Assembly: GCA_029250885.1 (NCBI GenBank)
Contig: JAQXEK010000002.1
Coordinates: 107,518-171,517 of the forward strand
Reading direction: 5' to 3'
Source: Planctomycetota bacterium
Lineage (GTDB): Bacteria; Planctomycetota; UBA1135; GCA-002686595
Length of the DNA stretch: 64,000 bases
Below the pieces are notes generated by a model. It did no database searches, had not been told where the DNA came from, and saw only the letters and a list, made by a program, of their open reading frames with translations. Made by a program: the position numbers and the translations under genes. How positions within the stretch are numbered: the stretch's first letter is position 1; each line of letters begins with the position of its first letter. This document shows, piece after piece, positions 39,074 through 50,600 of the stretch.

Positions 39074-40993
39074 TTAGTCCTCGACCACGACATCTAATCG
39101 CCAAGCGCGCCAACCGTTCTTATGGATCGGTTCTTGGGCTGCGATCTTGGGCACCATGGCCTGGAAGAAGTCCAAGGTCGCGTCGACGCCAGCCTTGGCG
39201 TGGGCTGGCGGATTGTCTGGCAGCAGCAGGTAGCGCGGGCGATCCACCAAGCCCCAGTCGAGCAGGTGCGCCTCTACCCACTGCACGCTCTGGGGGTTCG
39301 GCTTGACGGGCAGGAGCGTGCGCCAGGCGTAGAACGACACCGCGGTTGTGTAGCTCATGGAGTCGGGGAAGACCCCAACGGAACCGGGTGGCAGTATCTT
39401 GCCGATTGCAGCGCCGGCGACCTCGGGCGTGGTGATCGCGGGCTCCGGTCCACGCCAGGCACCCCAGAGATGGTTGGTGGTTGCCCGGGCGCCGTTGGCG
39501 GTCAGCAGAAAGAAGACCGTCGCCAAGACAGTGCCGGCCCAGCGCCTCTCCTTGCGGGCGAAGGCGCGGCCAACCGCGTCGCCCATCTGTACTAAGGCGA
39601 GCGCGCTAAGAGCGGCAGCCGCCGGCAGCACGTTCAAGATGAACGAACTCTGGGCCGGGTCGTCGGAGGTGTGGTTGTAGAAGCCGAACAGAACGAAGAA
39701 GCCGCCGGCCGCGAGCAACACAGGCAGGACGGCGGGGTTGGCTTCGTGCAGAGGCTCGCCGTTTGTTGGATCCGTACCCTTGCGAGTCCAGCGATCGCCC
39801 AGGATGAACAGGGCGAAGAGCAACCCTACGCCGGCCAAGTCCACTAAGCCTTCGGAGCCGTACATGACGAAGTGCTTGTACTGGAGCCCGAGCCAGGTGG
39901 CCAAGGGCACATCGCCCGAGAACAGGGGCTGGAACATCAGGGCGATGCGGTCGGAGACCTGGTCTGCGGGCTGAATGCCCGCCAGGGCGTCGCGTACGTA
40001 GATGCCGTGGATCAGGATCGGCGTCAGAGCAGACAGGCCGATGGCGCAGGCCGTCGCGAAGCTGCGCTTGATGCCGAACGCACGCAGGCGCGACAGCAGA
40101 GCCGCGATGCACAGGGGCACGGCGAAGAACAGCGGGGCGAAGGTCTGGGACGTGCCAAGGGCGATCATCACGCAGGTCAGTAGCAGCTCCTTTGGGAAGA
40201 GCGCAGGCTCCTCGCTGCGCTCGGCAGCTTCGCGGTCGCGTACGCGCAGCTTGGAGAAGAAGCCGAAAGCCAGCAGCACGCAGAGGATGCTGGCCGGCTC
40301 GTAGTTCACGATACCGGCTTGCAAGATCGCCAAGGGCGCCAAGCCGTAAAGCAACAGCGCGAATAGCGCGGCGCGCCTGCCGCCCTCGATCCGAATCGCC
40401 CACCATAGGGCCAGCAGACTAAAGATACTGGCCATAAACATGGGCAGCCGCAGGGCAAATTCGAAGCTGTGGTCTGTGCCCAATCCGGATGGCGATCGCC
40501 CCTCTTGCCAGGCTGTCTCCCAGCCGTCGGGACCAAGTAGTTTGAGGCTCGCCCACTCCCACCAAGCGAACAGCGGCGAGTGGTTGCCGTAGGCGTACCA
40601 GGTGTCCGGGTCCTCGACGATTGTGTCGAGGTTGACCACGGGATAGCCGCCGGTGGGCGCGAAGCCTATGCGCTCGTAGTTGATGCTCGTGAAGCCAAAG
40701 AACGAGCCCTGGGCTCCGTCAAACTCGCGATCGAAGCCCCCATCAGGGGCGTAGTGGACGCGCAGAAGGAGACCGAGGAGCAGCGCTAGGCAGACGGCGA
40801 CGAGCTCGTGGCGGGGCTTTCGCAGGAAGCTGGCGAAGGCGTGGTGCGGGGCAGGAGGGGAAGAATCCACGGAGGGATTGTACTCGGTGGGGTTGGGGTT
40901 GTTGGGCGGTGAAATGGGGTGCATCGCGCGCCAGGCTGACGGGGTCTGGCCAGGGAATGCCATGGGCAGGTGAAGGCCTGATCGCCATGGCAA
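39074..40993 (-). CDS. Large polytopic membrane protein, putative glycosyltransferase (GT39/ArnT-like) or DUF2723-like
   Basis: More than 10 TM segments, P/W-rich periplasmic loops; no firm motif recognised. Confidence 0.4.
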   Translation of the reverse strand: MPWRSGLHLPMAFPGQTPSAWRAMHPISPPNNPNPTEYNPSVDSSPPAPHHAFASFLRKPRHELVAVCLALLLGLLLRVHYAPDGGFDREFDGAQGSFFGFTSINYERIGFAPTGGYPVVNLDTIVEDPDTWYAYGNHSPLFAWWEWASLKLLGPDGWETAWQEGRSPSGLGTDHSFEFALRLPMFMASIFSLLALWWAIRIEGGRRAALFALLLYGLAPLAILQAGIVNYEPASILCVLLAFGFFSKLRVRDREAAERSEEPALFPKELLLTCVMIALGTSQTFAPLFFAVPLCIAALLSRLRAFGIKRSFATACAIGLSALTPILIHGIYVRDALAGIQPADQVSDRIALMFQPLFSGDVPLATWLGLQYKHFVMYGSEGLVDLAGVGLLFALFILGDRWTRKGTDPTNGEPLHEANPAVLPVLLAAGGFFVLFGFYNHTSDDPAQSSFILNVLPAAAALSALALVQMGDAVGRAFARKERRWAGTVLATVFFLLTANGARATTNHLWGAWRGPEPAITTPEVAGAAIGKILPPGSVGVFPDSMSYTTAVSFYAWRTLLPVKPNPQSVQWVEAHLLDWGLVDRPRYLLLPDNPPAHAKAGVDATLDFFQAMVPKIAAQEPIHKNGWRAWRLDVVVED

Positions 40994-41145
40994 CCTGTCG
41001 AGTAGGTGAATCGGCCCTCTAGGGTGCTGGTCGATGGGGAAAGCGCATTATTCTGGATCGATGCTCTACCTCTTGAGGTTGGTGGGCAGCGACGCTCACC
41101 AAGACAGGAAATCAGGACTTATCGCCGGTCTACCCCGGAGCCACG

Positions 41146-41185
41146 AAAGAGGCCAGCGCACCCGATGGGGTGCGCTGGCCTCTTT
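41146..41185 (-). terminator. Intrinsic terminator downstream of rsfS (18-bp perfect stem)
   Basis: AAAGAGGCCAGCGCACCC-gatg-GGGTGCGCTGGCCTCTTT; on the minus strand it is followed by a TTTC tract. Confidence 0.55.
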
Positions 41186-41202
41186 CCTCGTCCCGAGGAC
41201 GC

Positions 41203-41586
41203 CTACTGGTTGAACAGGGGGTTTGGGATCTCGGGCAGCTCGATCGAGCGCCAGTCAAGCTCGTCGCACTCGCCGTAGAGGTTGTCGAGATCATAGTACT
41301 CCCGCGCGTCGGGCTGCAGGATGTGCACGATGACGTCGCCGTAGTCGAGCAAGATCCACCAACCGAGGTCGGCGCCTTCTACAGGACGGTGCTGCTCGCC
41401 GGCTGCCTTGAGGCGCACGTGGAGCTCGTCGTAGAGTGCCTTGACGTGGGGGCGTGACGTTCCGGTGACGACGACGTAGTAGTCGGCAACTTGGAACTGC
41501 TCGTCGACATCATAGATCTTGATGTCGTCGGCTTTCTTTTGCTCGCTCAGCCAGGCTGCGGCTGCGGATAGTGTCTTGGAATCGAT
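41203..41586 (-). CDS. rsfS: Ribosome silencing factor RsfS (Iojap family); start codon uncertain
   Basis: The translation …DDIKIYDVDEQFQVADYYVVVTGTSRPHVKALYDELHVRLKAAG…GDVIVHILQPDAREYYDLDNLYG matches the RsfS family. No in-frame ATG/GTG/TTG lies between the upstream stop (41656-41658) and the conserved core. Confidence 0.7.
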   Translation of the reverse strand: MDSKTLSAAAAWLSEQKKADDIKIYDVDEQFQVADYYVVVTGTSRPHVKALYDELHVRLKAAGEQHRPVEGADLGWWILLDYGDVIVHILQPDAREYYDLDNLYGECDELDWRSIELPEIPNPLFNQ

Positions 41587-41752
41587 GGCAGTACTCCGGG
41601 TAAATCTGGGCGCGGTCGCGGCGCTGCACGTCGTAGGGGCCCTGTGGCTCCTACGTTACCGAACGTTGGGGAAAGAGATAGAGGTCAGTGCATGAAAGCG
41701 GCGGAGCTCCGGGGGTCCCGGAAGCTCCGCCGCCATCAAAGGGAAGCTTGCC

Positions 41753-43882
41753 TTAGCCAAGGAACCAGGGCAGGAAGACAAGGCCAACCACCGTCATCAG
41801 CTTGACGAGGATGTTGAGCGACGGGCCAGAGGTATCCTTGAACGGGTCACCAACGGTGTCGCCGACCACAGCAGCGTGGTGGGCTTCGGTGCCCTTGCCG
41901 CCGTGTGCGCCGCCTTCGATGTGCTTCTTCGCGTTGTCCCAAGCGCCACCGGCGTTGGACATGAAGATAGCCATCATGACGCCGGCCACAAGTGCGCCAG
42001 CCAGCAGGCCGCCCAGGGCTTCAACACTCCAGAATCCAACCAGGATCGGAGCGGCGATAGCGATGATGCCGGGAAGGATCATCTGCTTGAGGGCACCATC
42101 CGTAGAGATCTGCACACAACGGGCGGCGTCCGGCTTGCCGGTGCCCTCCATGATGCCGGGGATCTCGCGGAACTGGCGGCGAACCTCTTCGACCATGGCG
42201 AAGGCGGCGTTGCCGACTGCGCGCATGGTGAGTGCGCTGAACAGGAAGGGCAGGATGCCGCCGAGCAGCAGGCCGATGATGACGTAGGTCGAGTTGATGT
42301 TGAGCAGCAGGTTGCCGTCAGCACCAAGGCGCGTCGCCGCACCATCGGGGTCGTTGGCCATGATCATCGTGCCGGCGCGGCTGCAGAAGGCGCTGAAAAG
42401 AGCCAGGGCGGTCAGAGCAGCAGAACCGATCGCGAAGCCCTTGCCGATGGCTGCGGTGGTGTTACCCACTGCGTCCAAGGCGTCGGTGCGCTCGCGAACT
42501 TCCGGGGGAAGCTGGGCCATCTCGGCCAATCCACCAGCGTTGTCAGCAACCGGACCGTAAGCGTCGACAGCCAGGGAAATACCCAGGGTCGAGAGCATAC
42601 CGACGGCGGCCAGTGCGACGCCGTAGACGCCCGCGAAGAAGTTCGATGCGAAGATCGCAACACAGATCAGAAGGACGGGGATCGCAACGGACTCCATGCC
42701 GGTCGCAAGACCGTGGATGATGTTGGTTGCGGCGCCGGTCTCGGACTGCTTGGCGATGTTCTGGACGGGGTGCGTCTCGGTCGAGGTGTAGTACTCGGTG
42801 ACCTTGCCGATGATCACGCCGATGGCGAGACCAGCGATAACACAGCCGAGAAGGGCCAGGCCGACCTCAAGTTCGTGGTCGACGCCTTGCAGTGCGGCGG
42901 GCAGCTCGAGTCCGCCACCCATGGTGAGCCACCAGGTGGCTGCCACGACGACGAGGGAGGCGACGATCAGACCCTTGAAGAGTGCGCCGTGGAGGGCGTG
43001 CTCGTTGTTGGCCTTCACGAAGAAGGTGCCGATGATCGAGGCGAAGATGCCGAGAGCAGCAACAGCCAGGGGCAGCATGATCATGCCGCCCATGCCTTCA
43101 ATGCCGGTGTAGGCGAATGCGCCCAGGGTCATAGCTGCGATGATCGAGCCCACGTAGGACTCGAACAGGTCAGCGCCCATGCCAGCCACGTCGCCAACGT
43201 TGTCACCAACGTTGTCGGCGATGGTGCCGGGGTTGCGGGGGTCGTCCTCGGGGATGCCGGCTTCGACCTTGCCGACCAGGTCGGCGCCAACGTCGGCAGC
43301 CTTGGTGAAGATACCGCCACCAACGCGGGAGAAGAGGGCGATGGAGGAAGCACCGAAGCTGAAGCCAAGGACCTTCTCAAGGCCCGAGGTCGTGATGACC
43401 TGGACTCCGTCGATGGTCTCATAACCGAACAGCAGGGTGAAGCCAGCGACGCCGAGCAGCGCCAGGCCAACCACGCTCATTCCCATGACCACACCAGAGC
43501 TGAACGAGACCCCAAGGGCGTCGGCCAGGCTGTTCGTGGCAGCTTGGGTGGTACGGACGGCGGCGCGGGTGGCCGTGTACATACCAAAGTAGCCGGCGAT
43601 CGCCGATGCCAGGGCACCACAGACGAAGGCGATGGCTGTCTTCACGCCAAGTCCCGTTGCGGGGTCCGACATGCCGATGGCGACGGCCACGACGGCGACG
43701 AAGACCGCAAGCCAGGTGTACTCAGCCTTTAGGAAGGCAGCGGCACCGTCTTGGATCTGCTTAGCGATGTCTTGCATCACTGCGTTGCCATCGTCGCGCT
43801 TCATGATTGCGAAGTAACGCACAACGGCGAAGATCAGGGCGGCGACAGCGGCGCCGATTGCAATATATAGGAATGAATCCAT
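41753..43882 (-). CDS. hppA: Membrane-bound proton-translocating pyrophosphatase (V-type H+-PPase)
   Basis: 709 aa, 16 TM segments, the GDNVGD motif repeated, and a characteristic N-terminus. Confidence 0.9.
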   Translation of the reverse strand: MDSFLYIAIGAAVAALIFAVVRYFAIMKRDDGNAVMQDIAKQIQDGAAAFLKAEYTWLAVFVAVVAVAIGMSDPATGLGVKTAIAFVCGALASAIAGYFGMYTATRAAVRTTQAATNSLADALGVSFSSGVVMGMSVVGLALLGVAGFTLLFGYETIDGVQVITTSGLEKVLGFSFGASSIALFSRVGGGIFTKAADVGADLVGKVEAGIPEDDPRNPGTIADNVGDNVGDVAGMGADLFESYVGSIIAAMTLGAFAYTGIEGMGGMIMLPLAVAALGIFASIIGTFFVKANNEHALHGALFKGLIVASLVVVAATWWLTMGGGLELPAALQGVDHELEVGLALLGCVIAGLAIGVIIGKVTEYYTSTETHPVQNIAKQSETGAATNIIHGLATGMESVAIPVLLICVAIFASNFFAGVYGVALAAVGMLSTLGISLAVDAYGPVADNAGGLAEMAQLPPEVRERTDALDAVGNTTAAIGKGFAIGSAALTALALFSAFCSRAGTMIMANDPDGAATRLGADGNLLLNINSTYVIIGLLLGGILPFLFSALTMRAVGNAAFAMVEEVRRQFREIPGIMEGTGKPDAARCVQISTDGALKQMILPGIIAIAAPILVGFWSVEALGGLLAGALVAGVMMAIFMSNAGGAWDNAKKHIEGGAHGGKGTEAHHAAVVGDTVGDPFKDTSGPSLNILVKLMTVVGLVFLPWFLG

Positions 43883-44134
43883 CAGAGGTGGCTGGTGGGA
43901 TCAGCTAGGGGGTGTCGGCAGGACGTTTGGGGAACGTCTGCGCGGGATAAGTGGCAATTTGCCATCGCGGTGGGCGTGCTTTTTACCTACTCGAGATCAA
44001 AAGGGGCTCCGCCGAGAAAATGGGCATAGAAGGATAGCGATTGCTCCCCAAAGGTCAATAGGGACCCCGATCTCTTGGTCGCCTTCAAGTCCGGATACCC
44101 CTTGTTTAGGGGGCAAATGCCTGCTAGCCGGGTT

Positions 44135-44905
44135 TTATGCGGGCCGAGCGGGATCGTCGATCCCGTCCCCTCGTTCTTCGGGCTTGGGCGGGTCTACGGG
44201 GGCTGGGGCCGCGAAATCCAAGCTCGGAGCCTCGGCATGCATCTCCGCCGCCGCCGTCACAGGGCCGGGAACCCCAGCCTTGGCCCGGGCCACCGCAGCC
44301 TTGCTCTTGCGCTTGACCATCCACAGGATGATCAGCAGGGCGATCACTAGGAAGGCCAGCACGATGTGTAGGTACTCCATCTGCTCCTTCAACTTGTCCA
44401 TTTGGCCGCCGAATAGGCGCCCCACGTGGATCGAAATGGGTACGGAGATCAGCACCCCAAGCCCATCAATGATCAGGAACAGCGAGTACTTCATGCGCAT
44501 CGTACCCGCCACGAAGTACCCGGGAATGCGGATGCCGGGCAGAAAGCGGCAGGTAAAGATGGCCTTGCTGCCATGTTCCAGGAAGCGTTCCTCAAGCTTA
44601 GCGAAGCGCTCTGGGTGCAAGACGCGGCTAATCAAGGGCCACCTAAGCACGCTCTTGCCGTATTTGCGCCCCATGAAGTAAGGAATCGAGTCGCCCGAGA
44701 GGATCGCAAGGGAGCAGACACCCGTAATCAGCCAGAAGTCGGCCTCGCCCTGGTAAACCAGCAGTCCGGAGCCAATTAGCGTCACTTCCTCGGGCAGGGG
44801 CAGCCCCAAACCGCACAAGAGCAAGATGAGGAAGGGCCCAAGGTAGGTGAAGTGTTGGATCAACTCCTGGGCGGAGCTGGTGATGTCAAGCAGGATGGGG
44901 TCCAT
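44135..44905 (-). CDS. DedA/TVP38 (SNARE-associated) family membrane protein
   Basis: DedA-like core (G…F…R…PG.R…….G) with a proline-rich C-terminal tail. The internal ATG at 44903-44905 gives a canonical start. Confidence 0.65.
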   Translation of the reverse strand: MDPILLDITSSAQELIQHFTYLGPFLILLLCGLGLPLPEEVTLIGSGLLVYQGEADFWLITGVCSLAILSGDSIPYFMGRKYGKSVLRWPLISRVLHPERFAKLEERFLEHGSKAIFTCRFLPGIRIPGYFVAGTMRMKYSLFLIIDGLGVLISVPISIHVGRLFGGQMDKLKEQMEYLHIVLAFLVIALLIILWMVKRKSKAAVARAKAGVPGPVTAAAEMHAEAPSLDFAAPAPVDPPKPEERGDGIDDPARPA

Positions 44906-45061
44906 GGCGTGGGGGCAGTATACGCGAGAGTTGCCCGGCGTTTCCCCAACCTCATTGAATGCTGGGCTCCAAGGTGGATAATCTCTAAGGCTGCTACAGG
45001 TTTTCCATACTAATAGCGGCGACTCCACCGAGTCGCTTCGCAACCTAGCAATATCCTGCCC

Positions 45062-45670
45062 ATGATTGACTCCATCCTGGCTTTGCTCGCCGACGAATCT
45101 TCCTTTGATTGGTCCCAGAGTTCGGTCTTCTTCCTCAGCTTCGTCGCTGGGGGAACTGTGGTTGTGCTGCAGAGCATCTTTATGATCTTCGGCTTCGGAG
45201 GCATGGACGATCTAGATGGCCTTGAAGAAGGCGGCATGGAGCTCGAAGGCAGCGAGAGCGCCTTCGGATTCCTCTCCGTTCGCGCGGTCTCCGCGTTCTT
45301 CACTATGTTTGGCCTGTCCGGATGGGCTGCAACCGAAGCCGGATGGAACATGCCCTCGACGATTGGCGTCTCGCTCGCCTCGGGCGTCGGGATCATGCTT
45401 GTTGTGGTCTACATCCTGAGCCTCCAGAAGAAGCTCTACTCCGAGGGCAACCTGCGCCCGGAGAGGATCGTTGGTGACACGGCCAAGGTCTACCTGCGTA
45501 TTCCTGGTGGCGGCAATGGGAAGGGCAAGATTACCGTTTCCATCCAAGGCCGAAGCGAGCAGTACGACGCATGCACGGAAGTCACAGCAGACCAAGAGAT
45601 TCCTACCGGAGGCGACGTGCAGATCATCCGCATGATCACTCCCGGTTCGTTTGAAGTCAAAGCGCTCTAG
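45062..45670 (+). CDS. NfeD/YqiJ-family membrane protein (OB-fold partner of flotillin)
   Basis: N-terminal TM helices, C-terminal beta-rich OB-like region; lies immediately upstream of the flotillin gene. Confidence 0.6.
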   Translation: MIDSILALLADESSFDWSQSSVFFLSFVAGGTVVVLQSIFMIFGFGGMDDLDGLEEGGMELEGSESAFGFLSVRAVSAFFTMFGLSGWAATEAGWNMPSTIGVSLASGVGIMLVVVYILSLQKKLYSEGNLRPERIVGDTAKVYLRIPGGGNGKGKITVSIQGRSEQYDACTEVTADQEIPTGGDVQIIRMITPGSFEVKAL

Positions 45671-45724
45671 CCCGTAGAGCATCTCGAATCTAAATCAGAA
45701 ATCGCAACCCAGAATATTAGCACC

Positions 45725-47353
45725 ATGAACTTCCACCCTTTCTTAGCAGAAGGACTCCTCGGCGTGGACAACCCTATCGCCCTCGCCATCTTCTTCGGCG
45801 TACTGATCATTTTCGGAGCGATCATGGTCCTCGCGCGGCGCTACAAGCGCTGCCCCTCGAACCGCATCTTGATCGTCTACGGTAAGACAACCGGTGGTCG
45901 CTCGGCCAAGGCCGTCCACGGTGGCGGTACGTTTGTCTGGCCTCTGATCCAGAACTACGACTACCTGTCCCTGGACCCGATGCAGATCGAGACGCCCCTC
46001 GAGGGCGCCCTCTCTTTGGAGAACATTCGCGTGTCCGTGCCCAGTGTCTTCACCGTCGCTATCGGCACCGCCACCGAACAAATGAACAACGCCGCCGTGC
46101 GCCTCCTCGGTCTCACCACAAGCGAGATCATGAAGCAAGCCGAGGACATCATCTTCGGTCAGCTGCGTCAGGTCATCGCAGGCATGCGCATTGAAGAGAT
46201 TAACCGCGATCGCGACTCGTTCCTGGGCCGCATCCAGGAGAACCTCGAGCCCGAGCTCGAGAAGATCGGCCTGATCCTGATCAACGTCAACATCAAGGAC
46301 ATCACCGACGAGTCCGGCTATATTGAAGCCATCGGCCGCAAGGCTGCATCGGAGGCTGTCCAGCAGGCACTCATCGACGTGGCCCAGCAGGAGCGTCACG
46401 GCTCCATTGGTGTCGCCGAGGCTGGCCAGGAGCGCGAGATTCGCGTGGCGCAGGCTGAGAAGTCCCGAGACATCGGTACCGCCGAAGCCGAACGCGAGCG
46501 TGCCGTTCGCCTGGCCGACCTAGAGAAGGAAAAGATCATTGGCGAGCGCCAGGCCGCCTTCGAGCAAGAGTCCGCGGTTCGAGATGCCGAGCGTGAGATG
46601 CGTGTTCGCGTCGCCTCGGCCAACGCCCAAGCCATCACCGGCGAGAACGAATCCAAGGCCGCCATCGCGGCCACGAATGCCGAACTCCAAGTCCGGGAAG
46701 CCGACGCTTTCCAGACTGGTGAGTCCCGCCGCCGTCAAGCTGACGCCGCTGTGCGCGAAGCCCAGTATATTGCTGAAGCTAAGGCCGCCGAGGCCGAGGG
46801 TACGAAGCGAGAGGCCGAAACCCGCGCAAACCTAGAGTCCGTCGCAAAGGCTGAGAAGGCCCAGACGATCGTGGCCGCAGAGGCATCTGCCGAGCGCCAG
46901 CGCATCCTTGCTAAGGGTGAGGCCGACGCGATCTTTGCCAAGCTTGATGCTGAGGCCCGCGGTAACTTCGAGATCTTGGCCAAGAAGGGTCAGGGCCTCG
47001 AGCAGATTGTCCAGTCCTGTGGCGGAGCCCCCGAGGCTTTCCAACTGATGATGCTCGAGCACATCGAGGCGATCTCTGAGACCGCTGCGACTGCGATCAG
47101 CAACATCAAGTTCGATAAGATCGTTGTCTGGGACGGCGGTCAAGAGGGTGGCGGCGCCGGAGGATTCATCAAGAACCTCGCCGGCTCGCTCCCCCCTGCC
47201 CTGCAAATCATGAAGGACATCGGCGGCGTCGAGATGCCCGAGTTTATCGGTAAGCTCACCGCCGAGCAGGAGGCCAAGGGCGCTCCTGAAGAAAGCGAAG
47301 CAGAGGCCGAAGCCGAGGCTACCGAAGAGGCGGCCGAGCCGGCTCCCGAGTAA
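45725..47353 (+). CDS. Flotillin (SPFH/band-7 domain, YqiK/FloT-like)
   Basis: N-terminal TM segment, SPFH domain, long EA-rich coiled-coil (AEAERERAVRLA…), flotillin C-terminal domain. Confidence 0.85.
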   Translation: MNFHPFLAEGLLGVDNPIALAIFFGVLIIFGAIMVLARRYKRCPSNRILIVYGKTTGGRSAKAVHGGGTFVWPLIQNYDYLSLDPMQIETPLEGALSLENIRVSVPSVFTVAIGTATEQMNNAAVRLLGLTTSEIMKQAEDIIFGQLRQVIAGMRIEEINRDRDSFLGRIQENLEPELEKIGLILINVNIKDITDESGYIEAIGRKAASEAVQQALIDVAQQERHGSIGVAEAGQEREIRVAQAEKSRDIGTAEAERERAVRLADLEKEKIIGERQAAFEQESAVRDAEREMRVRVASANAQAITGENESKAAIAATNAELQVREADAFQTGESRRRQADAAVREAQYIAEAKAAEAEGTKREAETRANLESVAKAEKAQTIVAAEASAERQRILAKGEADAIFAKLDAEARGNFEILAKKGQGLEQIVQSCGGAPEAFQLMMLEHIEAISETAATAISNIKFDKIVVWDGGQEGGGAGGFIKNLAGSLPPALQIMKDIGGVEMPEFIGKLTAEQEAKGAPEESEAEAEAEATEEAAEPAPE

Positions 47354-47398
47354 AGCGTCGAAATCGACCGCTTCCCCTGGCGGGAGCGGCGAGCACAG

Positions 47399-47439
47399 AG
47401 GCCGTGGAAGACCTAGTCTTCTGCGGCCTTTTTCTCTTC
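47399..47439 (+). terminator. Intrinsic terminator after the flotillin gene
   Basis: GGCCGTGGAAGAC-ctag-GTCTTCTGCGGCC hairpin followed by TTTTTCTCTT. Confidence 0.6.
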
Positions 47440-47611
47440 AAGCGTATTCCCCAAACCCCGGGGCGGCACTACACCCCGGCGTCGAAGTAGGGCAGGGCTG
47501 GCCCACGGCGCAGAACTAGGCCGCTGGCTCGGACGGTGGTCTTGTCCGAGTGCGGGTACTCGCAGACGTCGGCCCTGATTTGATTGCTGACAGCTAGGCT
47601 GCGGCCCGCTC

Positions 47612-50600
47612 CTAGGCTTCGTCTACCGGAGCACCGCCGCTAGCCCAGAGCCCCTTGACCTTGCCAAGGGTGCGCTTTAGCTTCCCCGGCATAACGTGGA
47701 AGTCTTCGATGATCAGGTAGAAGGCTGGGATCAACACCAAGGTGATGAACGTCGCAAAGACGACGCCGAAGGCAAGGCTGACCGCCATCGGCAACATGAA
47801 TCGGGCTTGCATGCTCTTCTCAAGAAGCAGAGGCGTCAGTCCAGCGAAGGTGGTCAGGGTGGTCAACAGGATTGCCCGGAAACGGCGCGTGCCGCCGGCG
47901 ATGACCGCGTCCCGTGCATTGAGTCCATTCTCCTTACGTTGCTTGTCGGTGAAGTCGATCAAGACGAGAGAGTCGTTCACCACAATCCCGGTCAACGCCA
48001 TGATGCCGATGATCGAGAACATCGACAGATCAAAGCCGGTGATCATGTGGCCCCAGAAGGCGCCGATCAATCCAAAGGGAATCGCAAGCATGATGGCCAG
48101 GGGGCGGGTATACGACCGCAACGGAACCGCAAGCAGAATGAACATGCCGATGAACGCGGTGATGCCGTTGCGCATCATTTCGCCCATGAAGTTCTTCTGC
48201 TCCTTTCCCGCTCCCTCAAAAGACGTTGCCACGTTGGGGTGGTCGGCCAGAAGCGCTGGCAGGGTCACCTCGGTCAGGGTCGCCTCGAGGGCGTTGGGCG
48301 TCAATAGCTTCGTGTTAAGGTCGGCCACCACGTTGATGGTTCGCCCGCGGTTTGCGCGGTTGATGGTGGAATAGCCGATGCCGGGGGTGACTGTGGCCAC
48401 CTGGCCAAAGGGCAGCTCCGTTCCGTCCGCTAAGCGAATGCGCATGTTCTCCAAGGCCGCCAGGGTGCGGCGCTCCGTCTTGGTGTAACGCACGAAGACC
48501 TTCACCTCGTCTCGCCCACGTTGGATCGTCTGGACCTCTTCGCCATAGAACGCCTGGCGCACCTGGCGAACAAGCTCAAAGTACGTAAGGCCCGCCGCCT
48601 CGCCTTCGGGGGTGATGCCGATCTCGAGTTCGCGCTTGCCCGCCGCGAAGTTGTCGCGTACGGCGATCACGCCATTCATTGCGCCGAGCTTGCTCTTCAG
48701 CTCATCCGCCAAGCCGCGCAGCTCGAGCATGTCGTCGCCGCGCAGCTGCACGTCGATGTCGCCATCGCCGCCCATCATGTCGGCAGAGAAGGTCAAGGCT
48801 TCGGCACCCGGAACACTACCGGCGCGCTCTTCCCAAAGGTCGGCAAACTCTTGGCTAGCGATTTGGCGGTACTCGGCGGAGACCAACTCGACGTTGATCT
48901 CGGCCAGGTGCGCGCCTGAGTAGGTACTGCCAGAGGAGCCGCCGGCCCTAGACTGTTTCTCTCGGTAGGGCTGCCCGCCTAGGGCGGTCAGAATCGAGAC
49001 CACGATCGGCCTACCCTCGCGCTCTTCCAGCTCGCGCCCAAGGTCCTTCGCGACTTCTTCGAACTGCAAGATGGCGTCTTCGGTGACGGTCAAGGGGGTC
49101 CCCAGGGGCATCGTTAGCCCGACTGCCACGTTGTCAGCCTCGATCTGAGGGAAGAAGTTGAATTTGAGCCAGCCCGCAGTAGGTAGGGCCAGAGTCACAA
49201 CGAACATGGCGATGCCCGCAGTCAGGGTTGCGTAGCGGAACGTGAGCCCAAACTCGAGGCTGGGCTTGTAGACGCGACTGATAAACACGCTAAGCCCCTT
49301 GTCGACACCGTTCTGTAGCGTGCCTAAGAGGCCCGGATTCTCGAGGGAGTTGTCCGCGGGCAGGTGGCGCAGGTGGGCGGGCAAGACAAGCAGCGACTCG
49401 ACCATGGAGAAGATCAGGACTGCGATAACGATCAGCGGAATGTTGCGCGAGAACTGCCCCATGGTGCCGGGCATGAACAGCATGGGCGTGAAGGCAACCA
49501 TGGTCGTGAGAATCGCGAAGGTCACCGGCTTAGACATCTCGACGGTACCCGTGGTCGCCGCCCAGAGTCCGTCCTTCTTGCCGCGCTTGGTCTGCCGGTT
49601 GTGGTGAATGTTCTCGGCCACCACAATCGCATCATCGACCACGATACCGAGTACGATGATAAACGCGAACAGGGAGATCATGTTCACGGAGACATCCATG
49701 TAGGGCATTAGCCAGATGCCCCCAAGGAACGAAACGGGGATGCCTACAGTCACCCAAAGGGCAAGGCGCAGGCGCAGGAACAGAGCCAGTGTGATCAGCA
49801 CGAGGACAAGACCCTGGGCTCCGTTCTCAAGCATCAAGCTGAGCCTGTCCTTGAGCATGGCCGTCTCGTCGCCCGTGATCGAGAGGACCAGCTCATCGGG
49901 AAGCTTGGCTTGGTATTCGTCCAGAAACTTCTGGGCCGCAGGGCCAATAGCCAGGGCATCCTGGTCGCCCACCCGAAAGATGTCGATCATCGCCGCGGGC
50001 TTGCCGTTGAAGCGCAGCGCCTGGTCCGTGTCGGCGAAGCCATCCCTGATGTCGGCAACGTCACCTAGGGCAAGCTCGGTGCCGTTAGCCAGGTGACGCA
50101 GGGTGATCGCGGCGAAGTCCTTGCCCGAATAGGATTGGCCCTTGCCGCGCAGCAGAATCTCGCCGCCGCCGGTCTTGATGCTGCCCGTCGGGATGTCCAG
50201 GGACGATTGCCGGATAGCTTGGGCGACCTCGTCGAAGGTCATTCCAAAGCGTCGCAGGTCCTGCTCGCGGACCTCGATGGACATCTCGTAGGCCGGTGCA
50301 TTGACGAGCTTGACCAAAGAGATGTTGTCGAGCCCGGTCAGCCCGCTCTGGATGTCGGCGGAGACCTGGCGCAGGGTTCGCGCATCTGCATCGCCCCAGA
50401 CGACAACCTTCATGGCGCTGTCGTTCAAGTCCACCAGGCTAACGATGGGCTCCTCGGCGCCATCGGGGAAGGAGTCAATGCGGTCCACCGCTGACTTGAC
50501 ATCGGCCAGCATCACGTTGCGGTTCGTGCCGAACAGCAGCTTGACGGTCACCGTGCCCATGCTCTCGCTAGCCGTGGACGAGACCTCGTCTACACCGGAG

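Noticed and set aside
41876-43732. 618-aa ORF antisense to hppA; similar long antisense ORFs at 21186-22043, 56214-57092, 58527-59360, 5203-5721, 28843-29478 and 35257-35820
   Set aside because: Typical shadow ORFs of a high-GC genome (stop-codon depletion on the antisense strand). Their translations are low-complexity and R/G/A-rich with no domain signatures, and they lie entirely within well-supported genes.
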